Virus record (IMG/VR): IMGVR_UViG_3300031825_000016
Coordinates: 1 to 51,955 of that record
Strand: one strand, 5' to 3'
DNA length: 51,955 nucleotides
DNA from: a virus
Taxonomy: Duplodnaviria > Caudoviricetes
The notes under the pieces are model-generated. The model made no database searches, had not been told where the DNA came from, and worked only from the letters and a program-made list of their open reading frames with translations. The translations under genes and the position numbers were made by a program. Below, in pieces: positions 17,045 to 26,450 of this stretch. Numbering within the stretch: the first letter of the stretch is position 1; every line of letters starts with the position of its first letter.

Positions 17045-17275
17045 TTAAATCATCGCCTAATATTTGCGACAGCGCAACTTTATTGGCTAATGCAAACAGA
17101 TAGCAGACATGGGACATTAACGGCCTTCCGGTAAAGTTGCTTGCGTCGAAACAAATTACCTTGGGGTGGTAGAGGCCGCACGTTCAAGTCGTGTCGCTCC
17201 GACCAGTATTCATGCGGATCTTGAGATTTATGGTCGGCAAAGGAAAATTAATATGCCGACCAAATGCCAACCAAA
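16998..17275. mobile_element. attP region with integrase arm-type repeats ATGCC[AG]ACCAAA
   Basis: Direct pairs at 16998-17021 and 17253-17275 and inverted TGGTCGGCA 17231-17239 flank the tRNA core. Confidence 0.85.
17157..17205 (+). mobile_element. attP core: 3' part of tRNA-Pro(GGG)
   Basis: TACC-TTGGGGT-GGTA anticodon arm, GCACG-TTCAAGT-CGTGT T-arm, ends ACCA; 5' half absent. Confidence 0.9.
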
Positions 17276-17314
17276 AATAAAAGACCATGAAATCTCATGG
17301 TCTAAATCAATACC

Positions 17315-18445
17315 CTATTGTATCTGTTTTTGCTGGAGCTCAACAATCCTTTTGTTAATTTTCTCTTTCTTTTCAACTCCAAGGTGCTGATATGTCTCTT
17401 TTAAAACTCTAATATCGTGTCCTAGGCGCTCGGCTGCTAAATGATCTAGCACATCATTTTCATACAGCCAAGTCGCATGATAATGCCGAAGAAAGTGCAA
17501 ACGGGTCTTCGGTATTTTTTTTTCTCTAACCAGTTCGGCGAGGTAACTGGAATAACTGTCAGGGCGCATAGGGAAGATAAATTTATCTGCCTTATCCTTC
17601 TTATCAGTAATTTGAACTACCTGAGACTGAGACTCTTTTTTCTTCTTTTTCTTACGGAGCGTAAACCAATCCGGGTTGACCTGTTTTAATAGGTTCATCA
17701 GATAAGGCGCTGTTGCCACATCTCTTAGTCCGTTTTCTGACTTGGTCTTTTTGAGCTCATATTTGCCCTGATCGTTAATTACATAAGCTTCATCCACTCG
17801 AATCGTGCTGTTTTCAAAGTCCAAATCGTTCCACTTTAAGGCAAATATTTCCTCGCGCCGCAATCCACACCAGGCTGCCAGAAGGATAATAGGCTCATCC
17901 CTGGTGCCATTGACGGCATCGAGAATCTTTTTAAATGCTTCTTCATTTTTTGGCACAGTTGAATAATCAACTTTTTCTGCTTTGGGGAGCTTAAGATCAT
18001 TGAATGGGGACCTCTTTTTTAGCGCATCATAGAAAATCGGTCTTAGGCAAGACATAATTCGTCTTACACTCGTTGCTGATTGTTTAGCCAGTAAATCGTT
18101 CATCAGCTTCTTAAGATGCATTTCTCTTAAGTCTTTGAATTTCATTCGCTTAAAAAAGGGCTCATAGTAATTTTTGTGATAGCTCAAGTACAAAACATAA
18201 GTACTTGGGCTATATTTGTTTTTGTGAATTTCGAGCCAGGTTTTGATCCATTCGGAGATTCGATGATTATCAACGTTGGTTAAAGTTCCTTCTTCAATCA
18301 ATTGCTCTAACTCACGCACTGCTTTTTTAATTTCCTTTTCGCTGTGCTTGGTCACGTATTTGTTGATCTTCTTACCGTTTTCATCCCTCCCAACATAAAC
18401 CGTGGCTTGCCAGGTTCCATCTGCCCGTTTTCGAATGCTTGCCAT
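17315..18445 (-). CDS. int: Tyrosine integrase
   Basis: GLRREEI, KTKS, HFLRH, LGH, TYQH catalytic set; arm-binding N-terminus. Confidence 0.95.
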   Translation of the reverse strand: MASIRKRADGTWQATVYVGRDENGKKINKYVTKHSEKEIKKAVRELEQLIEEGTLTNVDNHRISEWIKTWLEIHKNKYSPSTYVLYLSYHKNYYEPFFKRMKFKDLREMHLKKLMNDLLAKQSATSVRRIMSCLRPIFYDALKKRSPFNDLKLPKAEKVDYSTVPKNEEAFKKILDAVNGTRDEPIILLAAWCGLRREEIFALKWNDLDFENSTIRVDEAYVINDQGKYELKKTKSENGLRDVATAPYLMNLLKQVNPDWFTLRKKKKKKESQSQVVQITDKKDKADKFIFPMRPDSYSSYLAELVREKKIPKTRLHFLRHYHATWLYENDVLDHLAAERLGHDIRVLKETYQHLGVEKKEKINKRIVELQQKQIQ

Positions 18446-18448
18446 TTA

Positions 18449-19096
18449 CTATCGCACCTCGCTGCTAAATCTTATTGCTTTTCCAATAATGGATATTTGT
18501 TTCATATCCTTCTTGGCAAAAACCAAATCTTTGTGGTTCGGGTTTTCGGCATGTAAGGTAATTGTGCCATCCCCTTTGTAAACCCGTTTTAGGGTAGCAT
18601 TCTCTCCATCTATCAAAACAGCAGCAATTTCCCCATTCTCGACGTCGGGCTGCTGGTGTATATATACGAGGTCACCATCGAGGATCCGAGCGTTCATCAT
18701 GGAATCGCCTTTTACACGGAGGCAAAAATCTGCCGGCATGTTCTCTGGAATAAAATCGTGACCTTCAACATTTTCTTGGGCCAGAATAGGAATGTCAGCA
18801 GCAATTACGCCAAGGATTGGGATTCGTTTAAAGGAAGGCATTTTGTCAACCTTTTCATATTTATCTCTTGTCCGGCACATTAAGAAATCTGTCGTAACGC
18901 CATAGAACTCGGCGATCTCTTCTACAAGTGAAAAGCTCTGAGGCCTATGGATGTTATTTTCATACTTTGAAACCATTGGCTTGCTTAGTGGCTTTGAATT
19001 CGGGAATTTCTTGTTCATCTCATGCGCGAATTCTTCTATCGTCATGTCATTCTCTTTACGAAGTCTAAATAACCGATCTCCAAATTGTTCCTTCAT
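18449..19096 (-). CDS. CI/LexA-like repressor (HTH plus S24 autopeptidase)
   Basis: HTH; VKGDSM and ATLKR catalytic motifs. Confidence 0.92.
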   Translation of the reverse strand: MKEQFGDRLFRLRKENDMTIEEFAHEMNKKFPNSKPLSKPMVSKYENNIHRPQSFSLVEEIAEFYGVTTDFLMCRTRDKYEKVDKMPSFKRIPILGVIAADIPILAQENVEGHDFIPENMPADFCLRVKGDSMMNARILDGDLVYIHQQPDVENGEIAAVLIDGENATLKRVYKGDGTITLHAENPNHKDLVFAKKDMKQISIIGKAIRFSSEVR

Positions 19097-19130
19097 TGGT
19101 CAACCCCTCGATTAAAATATATTTTAATTG

Positions 19131-19245
19131 ATTATAACCTATAATATTACGCAGTTGCAACTATTTTATGTCTATTGTCGTAAAAAAGTTGTTGACAACG
19201 CAACGAGCCAAATTTATACTTAAATTAAAGTTTCGACATCGCAAC
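19131..19245. promoter_or_regulatory. Lysis-lysogeny switch: divergent promoters and operators (consensus about GTTNCG-N4-CGCAAC)
   Basis: Rightward TTGACA 19192-17 bp-TATACT 19215; leftward TTGCAA-18-TATAAT; operators 19146-19161, 19189-19204, 19230-19245, plus one at 19489-19504. Confidence 0.8.
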
Positions 19246-19263
19246 AAAGGCGGAGGTGATAAG

Positions 19264-19497
19264 ATGCATACTAAAAATAGAAGGGCATTGAAACATTACC
19301 CATATAAGAAGTTCAAAAGCATTCTAGTTGAGCGTGATATTAAGCAAAAATACCTTGCGGAACTCTTGAATTTAAGCCCAGTTACCATTAATCAGAAAAT
19401 TAATGGCACCCTTGAGTTTACTTATTCCGAAATTGAAACCATATGTGATGATTTGGAAATCTCTACGGAGGTTTTTCGCGGCCAAAAAGTTTCGTAA
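19264..19497 (+). CDS. Cro-like HTH regulator
   Basis: GGAGGTGA RBS before ATG 19264; QKYLAELLNLSPVTINQKING. Confidence 0.85.
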   Translation: MHTKNRRALKHYPYKKFKSILVERDIKQKYLAELLNLSPVTINQKINGTLEFTYSEIETICDDLEISTEVFRGQKVS

Positions 19498-19583
19498 ACG
19501 CAACTTTTACTTGTCAAATCACTACATAAAAACAGCCCCAGGTCACAAACCAGGGGCTTTGGTATCAGGGAGGAGGTGACGCA

Positions 19584-19682
19584 ATGCAACAGCTGATCCA
19601 GCGCTACCGTGCCAGGCAGCGTGAGAAAAGGCTCAAGGCCCGCTGGGCAGAGTATTTCCGCTCTGGCGGGGTGATTAGGTAA
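19584..19682 (+). CDS. 32-aa basic peptide
   Basis: GGAGGAGGTG RBS; MQQLIQRYRARQREK... Confidence 0.55.
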   Translation: MQQLIQRYRARQREKRLKARWAEYFRSGGVIR

Positions 19683-19696
19683 AAGGAGGGAAATAG

Positions 19697-19900
19697 ATGC
19701 TCGAAAAACGCTGTAAGCACTGCGCCACGCGAAGCTTCTCAGCAGACACCCTTAGCCCATGGATCTGCCCTGGCTGCGGAGTAGATATCACCAGGGAGCC
19801 TGCACAAACACCCGACCAGCCTTGGGAGCCAACAGCCGAGGATTATCAGGCGGTGGACCGGGAGATAGCCGAGTTTGAGGAGGGGCTGAGAAAGGAGTGA
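19697..19900 (+). CDS. Zinc-ribbon protein
   Basis: CKHC...WICPGCG. Confidence 0.7.
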   Translation: MLEKRCKHCATRSFSADTLSPWICPGCGVDITREPAQTPDQPWEPTAEDYQAVDREIAEFEEGLRKE

Positions 19901-20099
19901 TGCCATGCGGAAAGCAGGCAAAACAAAAAGCCGCTAGTGGCTGACACCACTAAACGGCCGAAACAAAACTACTTACTAACATTATACCACGGGAAGGGGA
20001 TAACTATGAAACCTTTTTTGAGCTTTTCCGGGACGGTCAAGGAATTCCGGGTCTACCTCAAATTTCAGCGGATTTTAGCAAAAGCCCTGGAGCACTAAG

Positions 20100-20402
20100 A
20101 TGGGGTGCTTATTTGAAACGCAGATCAACTACCACGCTCTAACCGTCTCGATCTTTACCGGTTGCCCGGCAGAACTGGCCTTTGAAAAGCTTCAGGCCGA
20201 GCATCCGGATGAAGTAAGGCGCCGGATCACAGAGACGGAACTCAAGGACATGAGAGCAATGAGAGCCCGGGGGAAAACGATCGAGGAAATAGCAGATACC
20301 TTCGGAGTCACCTGGAATCAAGTCTACGGGAAGTTGAGGGCAAGAAGATACAAGGCGGGTGACAGCAAATGCAGGCATCATGCTTTTGCGGACAAGCTGT
20401 AG
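20100..20402 (+). CDS. HTH DNA-binding protein
   Basis: GKTIEEIADTFGVTWNQVY. Confidence 0.65.
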   Translation: MGCLFETQINYHALTVSIFTGCPAELAFEKLQAEHPDEVRRRITETELKDMRAMRARGKTIEEIADTFGVTWNQVYGKLRARRYKAGDSKCRHHAFADKL

Positions 20403-20550
20403 TCTTCGCCGGCCGGCGCACGGCGGGCCGGTGCCCACGATGTCAGGCCAGATGGTGGAAGGACAAAACAGGGGTATGGGCTGCCTGCAAGGCCGGGATT
20501 GACTCCACAGAGACAGTTTTCACGCCTAAGCCCAAGAAGGGGGTGCCGAG

Positions 20551-20913
20551 ATGATACCACTAAAAGTCTTTTCAAAACAACCCGGTAAGCCAGCCGAACC
20601 TAGAGTTATCCCAAATGATTTAAAATCGCTTCAGGACGTTGTTGATGGCCCTATTGAGATAGTGTCACTAGGTTCTGGTATCTTGTTGATCTGCAATGGG
20701 GAAGGAAAGCTGGCGGGCATGGACCTGAATTTTGTTTACCAGGGTGAAATGATTGTCGGGCCAGTGCTGTTTGCCCGGAGGGGCAGAAACGGAGAATTAA
20801 TAAGTCTGAATCATAGCGACATCACGTTTATTCGGAAGATTTGCGAGGTGAAATATGGTAGAAAAATTTTGCCCTGTTTGCGGAAAGAAAAGCTATTCCA
20901 GCAGCGAGTATAA
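20551..20913 (+). CDS. DUF3846-like protein
   Basis: LQDVVDGPIE, LICNGEGKL, IVGPVLF. Confidence 0.7.
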   Translation: MIPLKVFSKQPGKPAEPRVIPNDLKSLQDVVDGPIEIVSLGSGILLICNGEGKLAGMDLNFVYQGEMIVGPVLFARRGRNGELISLNHSDITFIRKICEVKYGRKILPCLRKEKLFQQRV

Positions 20914-21013
20914 TACCCCCTGGTTCTGCCCTGGTTGTGGGCTGGATATCTCCGGAGAGCCAGTTGCAGTCGCTACTATAAACGATCTTATGGAAGGCTC
21001 AGTACATGAATAA
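20855..21013 (+). CDS. Zinc-ribbon protein, paralogue of 19697-19900, absent from ORF track
   Basis: GAGGTG RBS; MVEKFCPVCGKKSYS...PWFCPGCGLDISGEP. Confidence 0.7.
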   Translation: MVEKFCPVCGKKSYSSSEYNTPWFCPGCGLDISGEPVAVATINDLMEGSVHE

Positions 21014-21404
21014 CCCAAATCATGGCGGGCTGTTTGCTCCCGGAGGCCCACAATTGGAAAGCCACATAGAGCCGACCCGAACCTTCGGGGCAAAGGTAGT
21101 AGATCTGGGGATTGAATTCAGCGACCCGCGTCCTGATCTGGACAGGCTTTACCACGATGGTGGGCTATGGGCCCAGCTGCTGGCCATATCTCACCGGAAA
21201 GACCCGATTCTAAGTGGAACGCTGCACGGCTTCCGCTGCCAGGGTACCAAGCTTGAAAAGGGATCAGGCGGCTATGTGATCCGGCCAGTGATTGGAGATG
21301 CGGCATGGCCAGACCAGAGAGCCTATGACAGGGACCGGGAACGATATCTGATACCGCATAGGGCCAGATTAACGGAATTGCTGGATGAATTGATTGACTG
21401 GTAA
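21006..21404 (+). CDS. Hypothetical phage protein
   Basis: Operonic ORF. Confidence 0.6.
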   Translation: MNNPNHGGLFAPGGPQLESHIEPTRTFGAKVVDLGIEFSDPRPDLDRLYHDGGLWAQLLAISHRKDPILSGTLHGFRCQGTKLEKGSGGYVIRPVIGDAAWPDQRAYDRDRERYLIPHRARLTELLDELIDW

Positions 21405-21414
21405 GGAGTGAAAT

Positions 21415-21609
21415 ATGTACAAGGTTGTGGACGCAATACCCGGGAACAGGGTGCTGAAGCAGACAAATTACCGCGACAAGGAGCTTAATAAGCGATCCGG
21501 CCAGTTTGACAGGCCGCTAATCCAAGTTGATATCGCGACTGGGTATGTGTCTGTTGATAGGCTGGAAGAGTCCCGAAACTGGAGGCGAGAAAGCCATGTC
21601 ACGAGTTGA
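21415..21609 (+). CDS. Hypothetical phage protein
   Basis: AAGGAGTG RBS. Confidence 0.6.
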   Translation: MYKVVDAIPGNRVLKQTNYRDKELNKRSGQFDRPLIQVDIATGYVSVDRLEESRNWRRESHVTS

Positions 21610-22423
21610 TTTGATACGGAGCATGAAAGAAGAAATTCAAACGCTTGAACAGTTTGACGCTGTCGGCAGTACAGCATACGTTGCCATGCGGTATGGCGTT
21701 GATCATGGAGATGCTCACCTGTACCGCAAAGAACTGGAAAAACGAGTCGTGAAAAGGGAGGAAGAAAACGTTATGAGGCATGTAACTGGCGAATCGCTTG
21801 CTGCTGGCAAGCTAAAAGCAGACAAAATGAGAGCTGAGATAACGACCATTGAACAATTCCTGGATATTGGAACAGTTGCCAATTTAGCTAAGAAGTATGA
21901 CGTTGCTGTTTCAACCGCCCATGCCTGGCACAAAAAACTGACTGCAGATGCGAAGGCCAAAAGGCAGAAAAAAACAGCGGCTGCTCCCATCGAGACTGAA
22001 GCTGTTACCGAAACCACCGGAACCGTACCTAAAACTGCGGAAAGTGTACCCGAGACTGCAGAAAGCGTAACGAAAACAGCTGAATCTGTTACTACCGAAA
22101 CTCTTGAGCAATTTTTCGACACGGAGCCAGAGCCAGAGCTGCCAAAGGCTAGCGTTATGATTGAAAAGCCCGTACAGATTAGACCCACCACTGCCAGGGA
22201 AGAACTGGCCCTTGAACTGCTCAATTGTGTGGAGATAATCGTGTCAAATAGGCATAAGTTCGACCAGGCCAGCAGGATCAAGGAACACTTTGAATCTATT
22301 CGCGAGGCTCACCAGAACGCAATCGATACCTCTGCTTCTCCGGCTGATGTATTTTTACACAAGCGGGATCTTGAGATCATCAAGCAAATCGAAGCTGGCC
22401 TATTGGCCGCACTGGTTGCTTAA
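21596..22423 (+). CDS. Protein with two HTH-like repeats and a TAESV linker repeat
   Basis: GGAGG RBS before ATG 21596; EIQTLEQF..VAMRYGV / EITTIEQF..LAKKYDV. Confidence 0.65.
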   Translation: MSRVDLIRSMKEEIQTLEQFDAVGSTAYVAMRYGVDHGDAHLYRKELEKRVVKREEENVMRHVTGESLAAGKLKADKMRAEITTIEQFLDIGTVANLAKKYDVAVSTAHAWHKKLTADAKAKRQKKTAAAPIETEAVTETTGTVPKTAESVPETAESVTKTAESVTTETLEQFFDTEPEPELPKASVMIEKPVQIRPTTAREELALELLNCVEIIVSNRHKFDQASRIKEHFESIREAHQNAIDTSASPADVFLHKRDLEIIKQIEAGLLAALVA

Positions 22424-22569
22424 GATGACATTCCTCAGACTGCTGTTCCCCGAATTCTTCGACCACCTTAAGGCCTGCGGAGGCTGTACTGCTGATACTC
22501 GCGACAACTGCCCTTTCGAGCTCACCTGCGGCTATGTTGAGAGACGCGCAAAGCTGAAAGGAGAACACT

Positions 22570-23010
22570 GTGGCCCGGTTTTTGATCATCTTGCTATTCC
22601 TGACGCTGTGCTCGTTGAGAATAGCAATACCAAAGACCTCGCACACGGCTGAGCCTCCGCCAGCCGTACATGGGCCCGTAGTGCCAGCGACTACGGTTAG
22701 CAGGGGAGAGTCAGAGGTGCGGGCAGAGCGCAGGGTAATGAGGGTATCAGCGTACACTCCGCATGATCCGGGGATGAATGGTAAAGGGATTACAGCCAGC
22801 GGGAGACGGGCTCGGGAAGGGGTTACGATTGCAGCCCCTTCCGAGATCCCATTAGGGACTAAGCTTTACATTCCGGCACTGGGGCATGAGTACATTGTCG
22901 AGGATCGGGGCGGGGCTATCAAGGGGGACAAGCTGGACTTGTTTTTCGAAAACAGGAAAGATGCGTTGAAGTTCGGGGTACAGCGCCTTGAAGTAGAGAT
23001 TAGGGAGTGA
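22570..23010 (+). CDS. 3D-domain cell-wall protein with signal peptide
   Basis: VSAYT, GITASG, VEDRGGAIKGDKLDLF. Confidence 0.9.
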   Translation: MARFLIILLFLTLCSLRIAIPKTSHTAEPPPAVHGPVVPATTVSRGESEVRAERRVMRVSAYTPHDPGMNGKGITASGRRAREGVTIAAPSEIPLGTKLYIPALGHEYIVEDRGGAIKGDKLDLFFENRKDALKFGVQRLEVEIRE

Positions 23011-23360
23011 TATTGGTGCAAAGAGCGTTAGATAAGCTAAAAGCCGAGATGGACTCGAGTAAAAATCCCTATGTGCAAGTAGTGGGTGCCTTCTTAGTGC
23101 AGCACCTGGGTAAAAACCATCAGGACGCCGAGAAAATTCTGGTTGCCGACAAGACTATCGCCAAGAGCCTTGATGCGATGAAGACGGAGGCTAGTAAGAA
23201 GAAGGTCGGGAATTGCGCTGTACTGACGGATGCCGAAGGATTCGGGGTTGTGCTGAAATACTTTGGGATTGAGGCCGCTGCAGATGTTCAAGTGCCGGCC
23301 GCACCAGTACCGAAACCTGCAGTTGAGTTTGATGTTAAACTCGAAGACTTCGGGCTGTAG
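23007..23360 (+). CDS. PcfK-like protein (family also labelled AcrIIA9-like)
   Basis: KTIAKSLDAMKTEASK..GNCAVLTDAEGF..VLKYF; upstream of PcfJ. Confidence 0.65.
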   Translation: MILVQRALDKLKAEMDSSKNPYVQVVGAFLVQHLGKNHQDAEKILVADKTIAKSLDAMKTEASKKKVGNCAVLTDAEGFGVVLKYFGIEAAADVQVPAAPVPKPAVEFDVKLEDFGL

Positions 23361-23373
23361 GGGGTGCGAGGGA

Positions 23374-23550
23374 ATGAACCGATGTGAGGACTGCGACAAG
23401 GTTTTATTCGAGCAAAGAATGCCCGTTACCGAAGTGTTTTGCCAGGCAAAGGGCAAAAGAAAGCTCAAGAGTTTAGCGCCTCGGGTGCAATTCAGCATGA
23501 AGGCCCCGGGATGGTGCCCGAATCCAAAAGGCGGTGGATCGGATGAATGA
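23374..23550 (+). CDS. Small Cys-containing protein
   Basis: CEDC...C...PGWCP. Confidence 0.55.
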   Translation: MNRCEDCDKVLFEQRMPVTEVFCQAKGKRKLKSLAPRVQFSMKAPGWCPNPKGGGSDE

Positions 23551-25105
23551 CCTACCTGATAAAGACTTCCTAGCCCACTTCCCTCCCAAGGTCAGCCAGG
23601 CCATGGTGGATTACGCCAGGGACGTTGCCTTTTCCTGGTCGCGGTACATCTTCACCAGACGCCAGGGGAAGCAGCAGTATGGTTACTGTACCCACTGCCA
23701 AAAGGAGTTCAAAACTGAAAAGCTAAAGCATAACGATAGAGTCAATTGTCCGGAGTGTGGGAGCAGCTGCCTGGTACGGTCCAGCGGGATAAGCCGTAAA
23801 AGGCTGATCGACGAAGCCTACTTTGTCTGGTACGACCGGTCCGGAGTAGACCCGAACACCATAGTCGCCACAGGGGTTTACGCAGTCCGGGACTACCGGG
23901 GCAATTATTACCGGGTTGAAATCCAGTTCGAGACTGCTGCCATGTACGTCTTCGAGCCGGGTAAGCCGAGGATGATTAAGCGGTCGGTATATTACTCCGA
24001 AGAAAAAGATTACTGCATGGTAGGCCGGTGGGAGAAGTGCAGATCAGTGTACTCAATCTTTAATCAAGGCCACATTGCAAATATTCCATCGACCTACACC
24101 CGAGACAGAATCAAAAAGCTCGTTCAGAGCACTCCATTCCAGTACAGTACCTGGGAGGAATACAACCACGAGGATATGACCAGATTCTTTGCCTTGTACG
24201 CCAAATCGCCCTGTATCGAGTATCTGACTAAATTGGGCATGACTGACCTGGTAGAGGCTAAGCTGAGAGGCTACAACACCATGGGGGCGATCAACTGGCG
24301 GGGGAAGACGCTGCTGAAGGTCCTGAAACTCAGCAAGCAGGAGTTCAACGAGATCCGGAAGCGGAAACTGCATGTCAGCTTTTTCTTACTTCACATCCTG
24401 CAGACCTCCCGGAAGCTGGGATGGGGGTTGAGTTTGGACGATGCTTTGGAAATTGAAGCTTGGGATTCTGGCTATGGCCATTATTTCAAGGACTTTGTAA
24501 AGCTGACAGTTTACGCTCCGGCAAAGAAAATCCTAGCTTATATGACCAAGCAGTACAAAAAGGACAAAAAGCAATATTACCAAAAAGCCAGTGTCCTCAT
24601 TACCTGGCGGGACTACATATCGGATGCCATAAAACTAGAGATGGATGTGACCTCAGAGCAGGTGCTATTCCCGAAAAGTGCCTGGAATGCTCATCAGAAC
24701 ACAATCAAACAGATACAAATCAAGGCGGATGAAGAGCTGAAACGCCAGGTCGCAGAGAGGAATGCCAAGCTAAAAAATTATCGGTTTAAATATAAAGGCC
24801 TGCTCATCCGGGCCGCGGCCACCGCTGATGAATTGATCGAAGAGGGTAAAGCACTGAACCATTGTGTCGGTGGATATGCGCGAAGACACGCCAATGGAGA
24901 ATGTACTATCTTGTTTATCCGCAAAGCTTCAGAACCTGACAAGCCTTTTTTTACGGTAGAAGTCAGAGGGGACCATATCGTGCAGATCCAAGGACATAGC
25001 AATAAACAGCAACCCACTGCGGATGTATGGGAGTTTGTCGAAGCCTTCAAGGCTCAGAAGCTGACCAAGAAAAAGCCCAAATCAAGAGTTAAGATCCCAG
25101 CGTAA
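23543..25105 (+). CDS. PcfJ-domain protein
   Basis: CTHC/CPECG N-terminus; WRDY, EGKALNHCVGGY, ILFIRK, PFFTVE. Confidence 0.9.
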   Translation: MNDLPDKDFLAHFPPKVSQAMVDYARDVAFSWSRYIFTRRQGKQQYGYCTHCQKEFKTEKLKHNDRVNCPECGSSCLVRSSGISRKRLIDEAYFVWYDRSGVDPNTIVATGVYAVRDYRGNYYRVEIQFETAAMYVFEPGKPRMIKRSVYYSEEKDYCMVGRWEKCRSVYSIFNQGHIANIPSTYTRDRIKKLVQSTPFQYSTWEEYNHEDMTRFFALYAKSPCIEYLTKLGMTDLVEAKLRGYNTMGAINWRGKTLLKVLKLSKQEFNEIRKRKLHVSFFLLHILQTSRKLGWGLSLDDALEIEAWDSGYGHYFKDFVKLTVYAPAKKILAYMTKQYKKDKKQYYQKASVLITWRDYISDAIKLEMDVTSEQVLFPKSAWNAHQNTIKQIQIKADEELKRQVAERNAKLKNYRFKYKGLLIRAAATADELIEEGKALNHCVGGYARRHANGECTILFIRKASEPDKPFFTVEVRGDHIVQIQGHSNKQQPTADVWEFVEAFKAQKLTKKKPKSRVKIPA

Positions 25106-25117
25106 GGAGGAAAGAGC

Positions 25118-26137
25118 ATGAGTGAACTTGCGGCAACCTACGGTGAAATAGCAACGCGCACCCCAGCCACCATAGCGATCGAGATAAACAGCATCAAGGA
25201 CCAGGCAAAGAGGATACTGCTGTCCAGCTCAATCGAAATCGGCCGCCGGCTGGTTGAAGCCAAAACAATGATTCCCCACGGCGAATGGGGGATCTGGCTG
25301 GAAAAGTCTGTGGACTACAGCCAAAGCACCGCCAACAATCTAATGAAAATATTCCAGGAATACGGAGCTGATCAAATCTCTATTTTCGGGGCAGAACCAA
25401 AATCCCAAGCGCTTGGGAATTTGAGCTACACCCAGGCGGTTGCCCTGCTGGGGATCCCGGCTGAAGAACGGGAACAGTTTGTCGAGGAGAACGATCTGGA
25501 CAGCATGACCACCCGGGAGTTGCAGCAGGCGATTAAAGACCGGGACCAGGCCATTAAGGAAAAGGTAGAAATTGAAAAGCGGCTTGATAACACGAGAGAA
25601 GTTAACGCTCAAATCAGTGAGACCCTCCAAAAGGAGCGACAGACAAAAGAAACCTTATCCGCGAGTTATGACAGGCTCGAGAAAACAAACCATGAGCATT
25701 ACGAAACCGCTAAACGTCTTAAAAAAGAGCTTGAAGATGCCAAAGCTTCCGGAAATACGAATCAGACAACTTTCCTTCAGGAGCAACTTGAACAGGCTGA
25801 AGGGGAGCTGGCTAACTCTCTTAAAAAGATTGAGGACCTTGAACGTCAGCTAAAGGAGCCGGTTGAAGTTACAACGGCCAGCGAGATCATTGAGAAAGTG
25901 CCGGAGGAAGTTGAACGCGAACTCGAGGCGCTGCGGGCAAAAACCCGGGAGCTTGAAGCTAAAGCCGAAAAGCCGCAGAGCCCGGCTGATCGAAAATTTA
26001 GGATGCAGTTTGAATTGCTCGGGAAGGTATTTGGTGATCTACTTGGATCCCTGGGAGATGTCGAGGATCCGGAAGCCCGGGAGAAATACAAACATGCTGT
26101 GCTTGGGCTGATTGGCAAGATGGAGGAACGGCTATGA
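25118..26137 (+). CDS. DUF3102-domain protein (HTH-like N-terminus, coiled coil)
   Basis: IEIGRRLVEAK..IPHGEWGIWLE..YSQSTANNLMKI. Confidence 0.85.
   Translation: MSELAATYGEIATRTPATIAIEINSIKDQAKRILLSSSIEIGRRLVEAKTMIPHGEWGIWLEKSVDYSQSTANNLMKIFQEYGADQISIFGAEPKSQALGNLSYTQAVALLGIPAEEREQFVEENDLDSMTTRELQQAIKDRDQAIKEKVEIEKRLDNTREVNAQISETLQKERQTKETLSASYDRLEKTNHEHYETAKRLKKELEDAKASGNTNQTTFLQEQLEQAEGELANSLKKIEDLERQLKEPVEVTTASEIIEKVPEEVERELEALRAKTRELEAKAEKPQSPADRKFRMQFELLGKVFGDLLGSLGDVEDPEAREKYKHAVLGLIGKMEERL
25399..25422. repeat. 24-bp palindrome, copy 2, inside the DUF3102 gene
   Basis: AAAATCCCAAGCGCTTGGGAATTT, encodes KSQALGNL. Confidence 0.95.
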
Positions 26138-26445
26138 TCGGAGGTTTCCTGAGCAAATTCAGCTTCAGCTTCCCGAAGACAATTTTCGTAAGTCAGAACC
26201 TTGGCTCAACTCAGCTGAATCACATCGCTGGCGAATTCGAAGAAGCTAACACCGCCTACAAAGATTATGTTATTGGCGCTGAAAACATTGACCATTTTGC
26301 CGAGGAGGTTATGGACCTATACCACAGCACGGAGACTATGCTCCGGATCCTCGAAGAGCGGTATCGCGTCAACCTGAAAAAGCTGCAGATGCAAATCGTC
26401 CAGAAGAACAATAAGCGCAACTATTACGATTCTATGAAAGGGTGA
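26134..26445 (+). CDS. MazG-like helical protein
   Basis: GEFEE...EEVMD...KNNKRNYY pattern. Confidence 0.5.
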   Translation: MIGGFLSKFSFSFPKTIFVSQNLGSTQLNHIAGEFEEANTAYKDYVIGAENIDHFAEEVMDLYHSTETMLRILEERYRVNLKKLQMQIVQKNNKRNYYDSMKG

Positions 26446-26450
26446 GTGGC

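Noticed and set aside
17157-17205. Functional tRNA-Pro gene
   Set aside because: Acceptor 5' strand and D-arm are missing; treated as attP core
19232-19238. Spo0A box TTCGACA at the lytic promoter
   Set aside because: Fully explained as part of the repressor operator GTTTCGACATCGCAAC
23007-23360. Anti-CRISPR activity
   Set aside because: PcfK-like similarity alone does not show Cas9 inhibition; gene is in its usual PcfJ context
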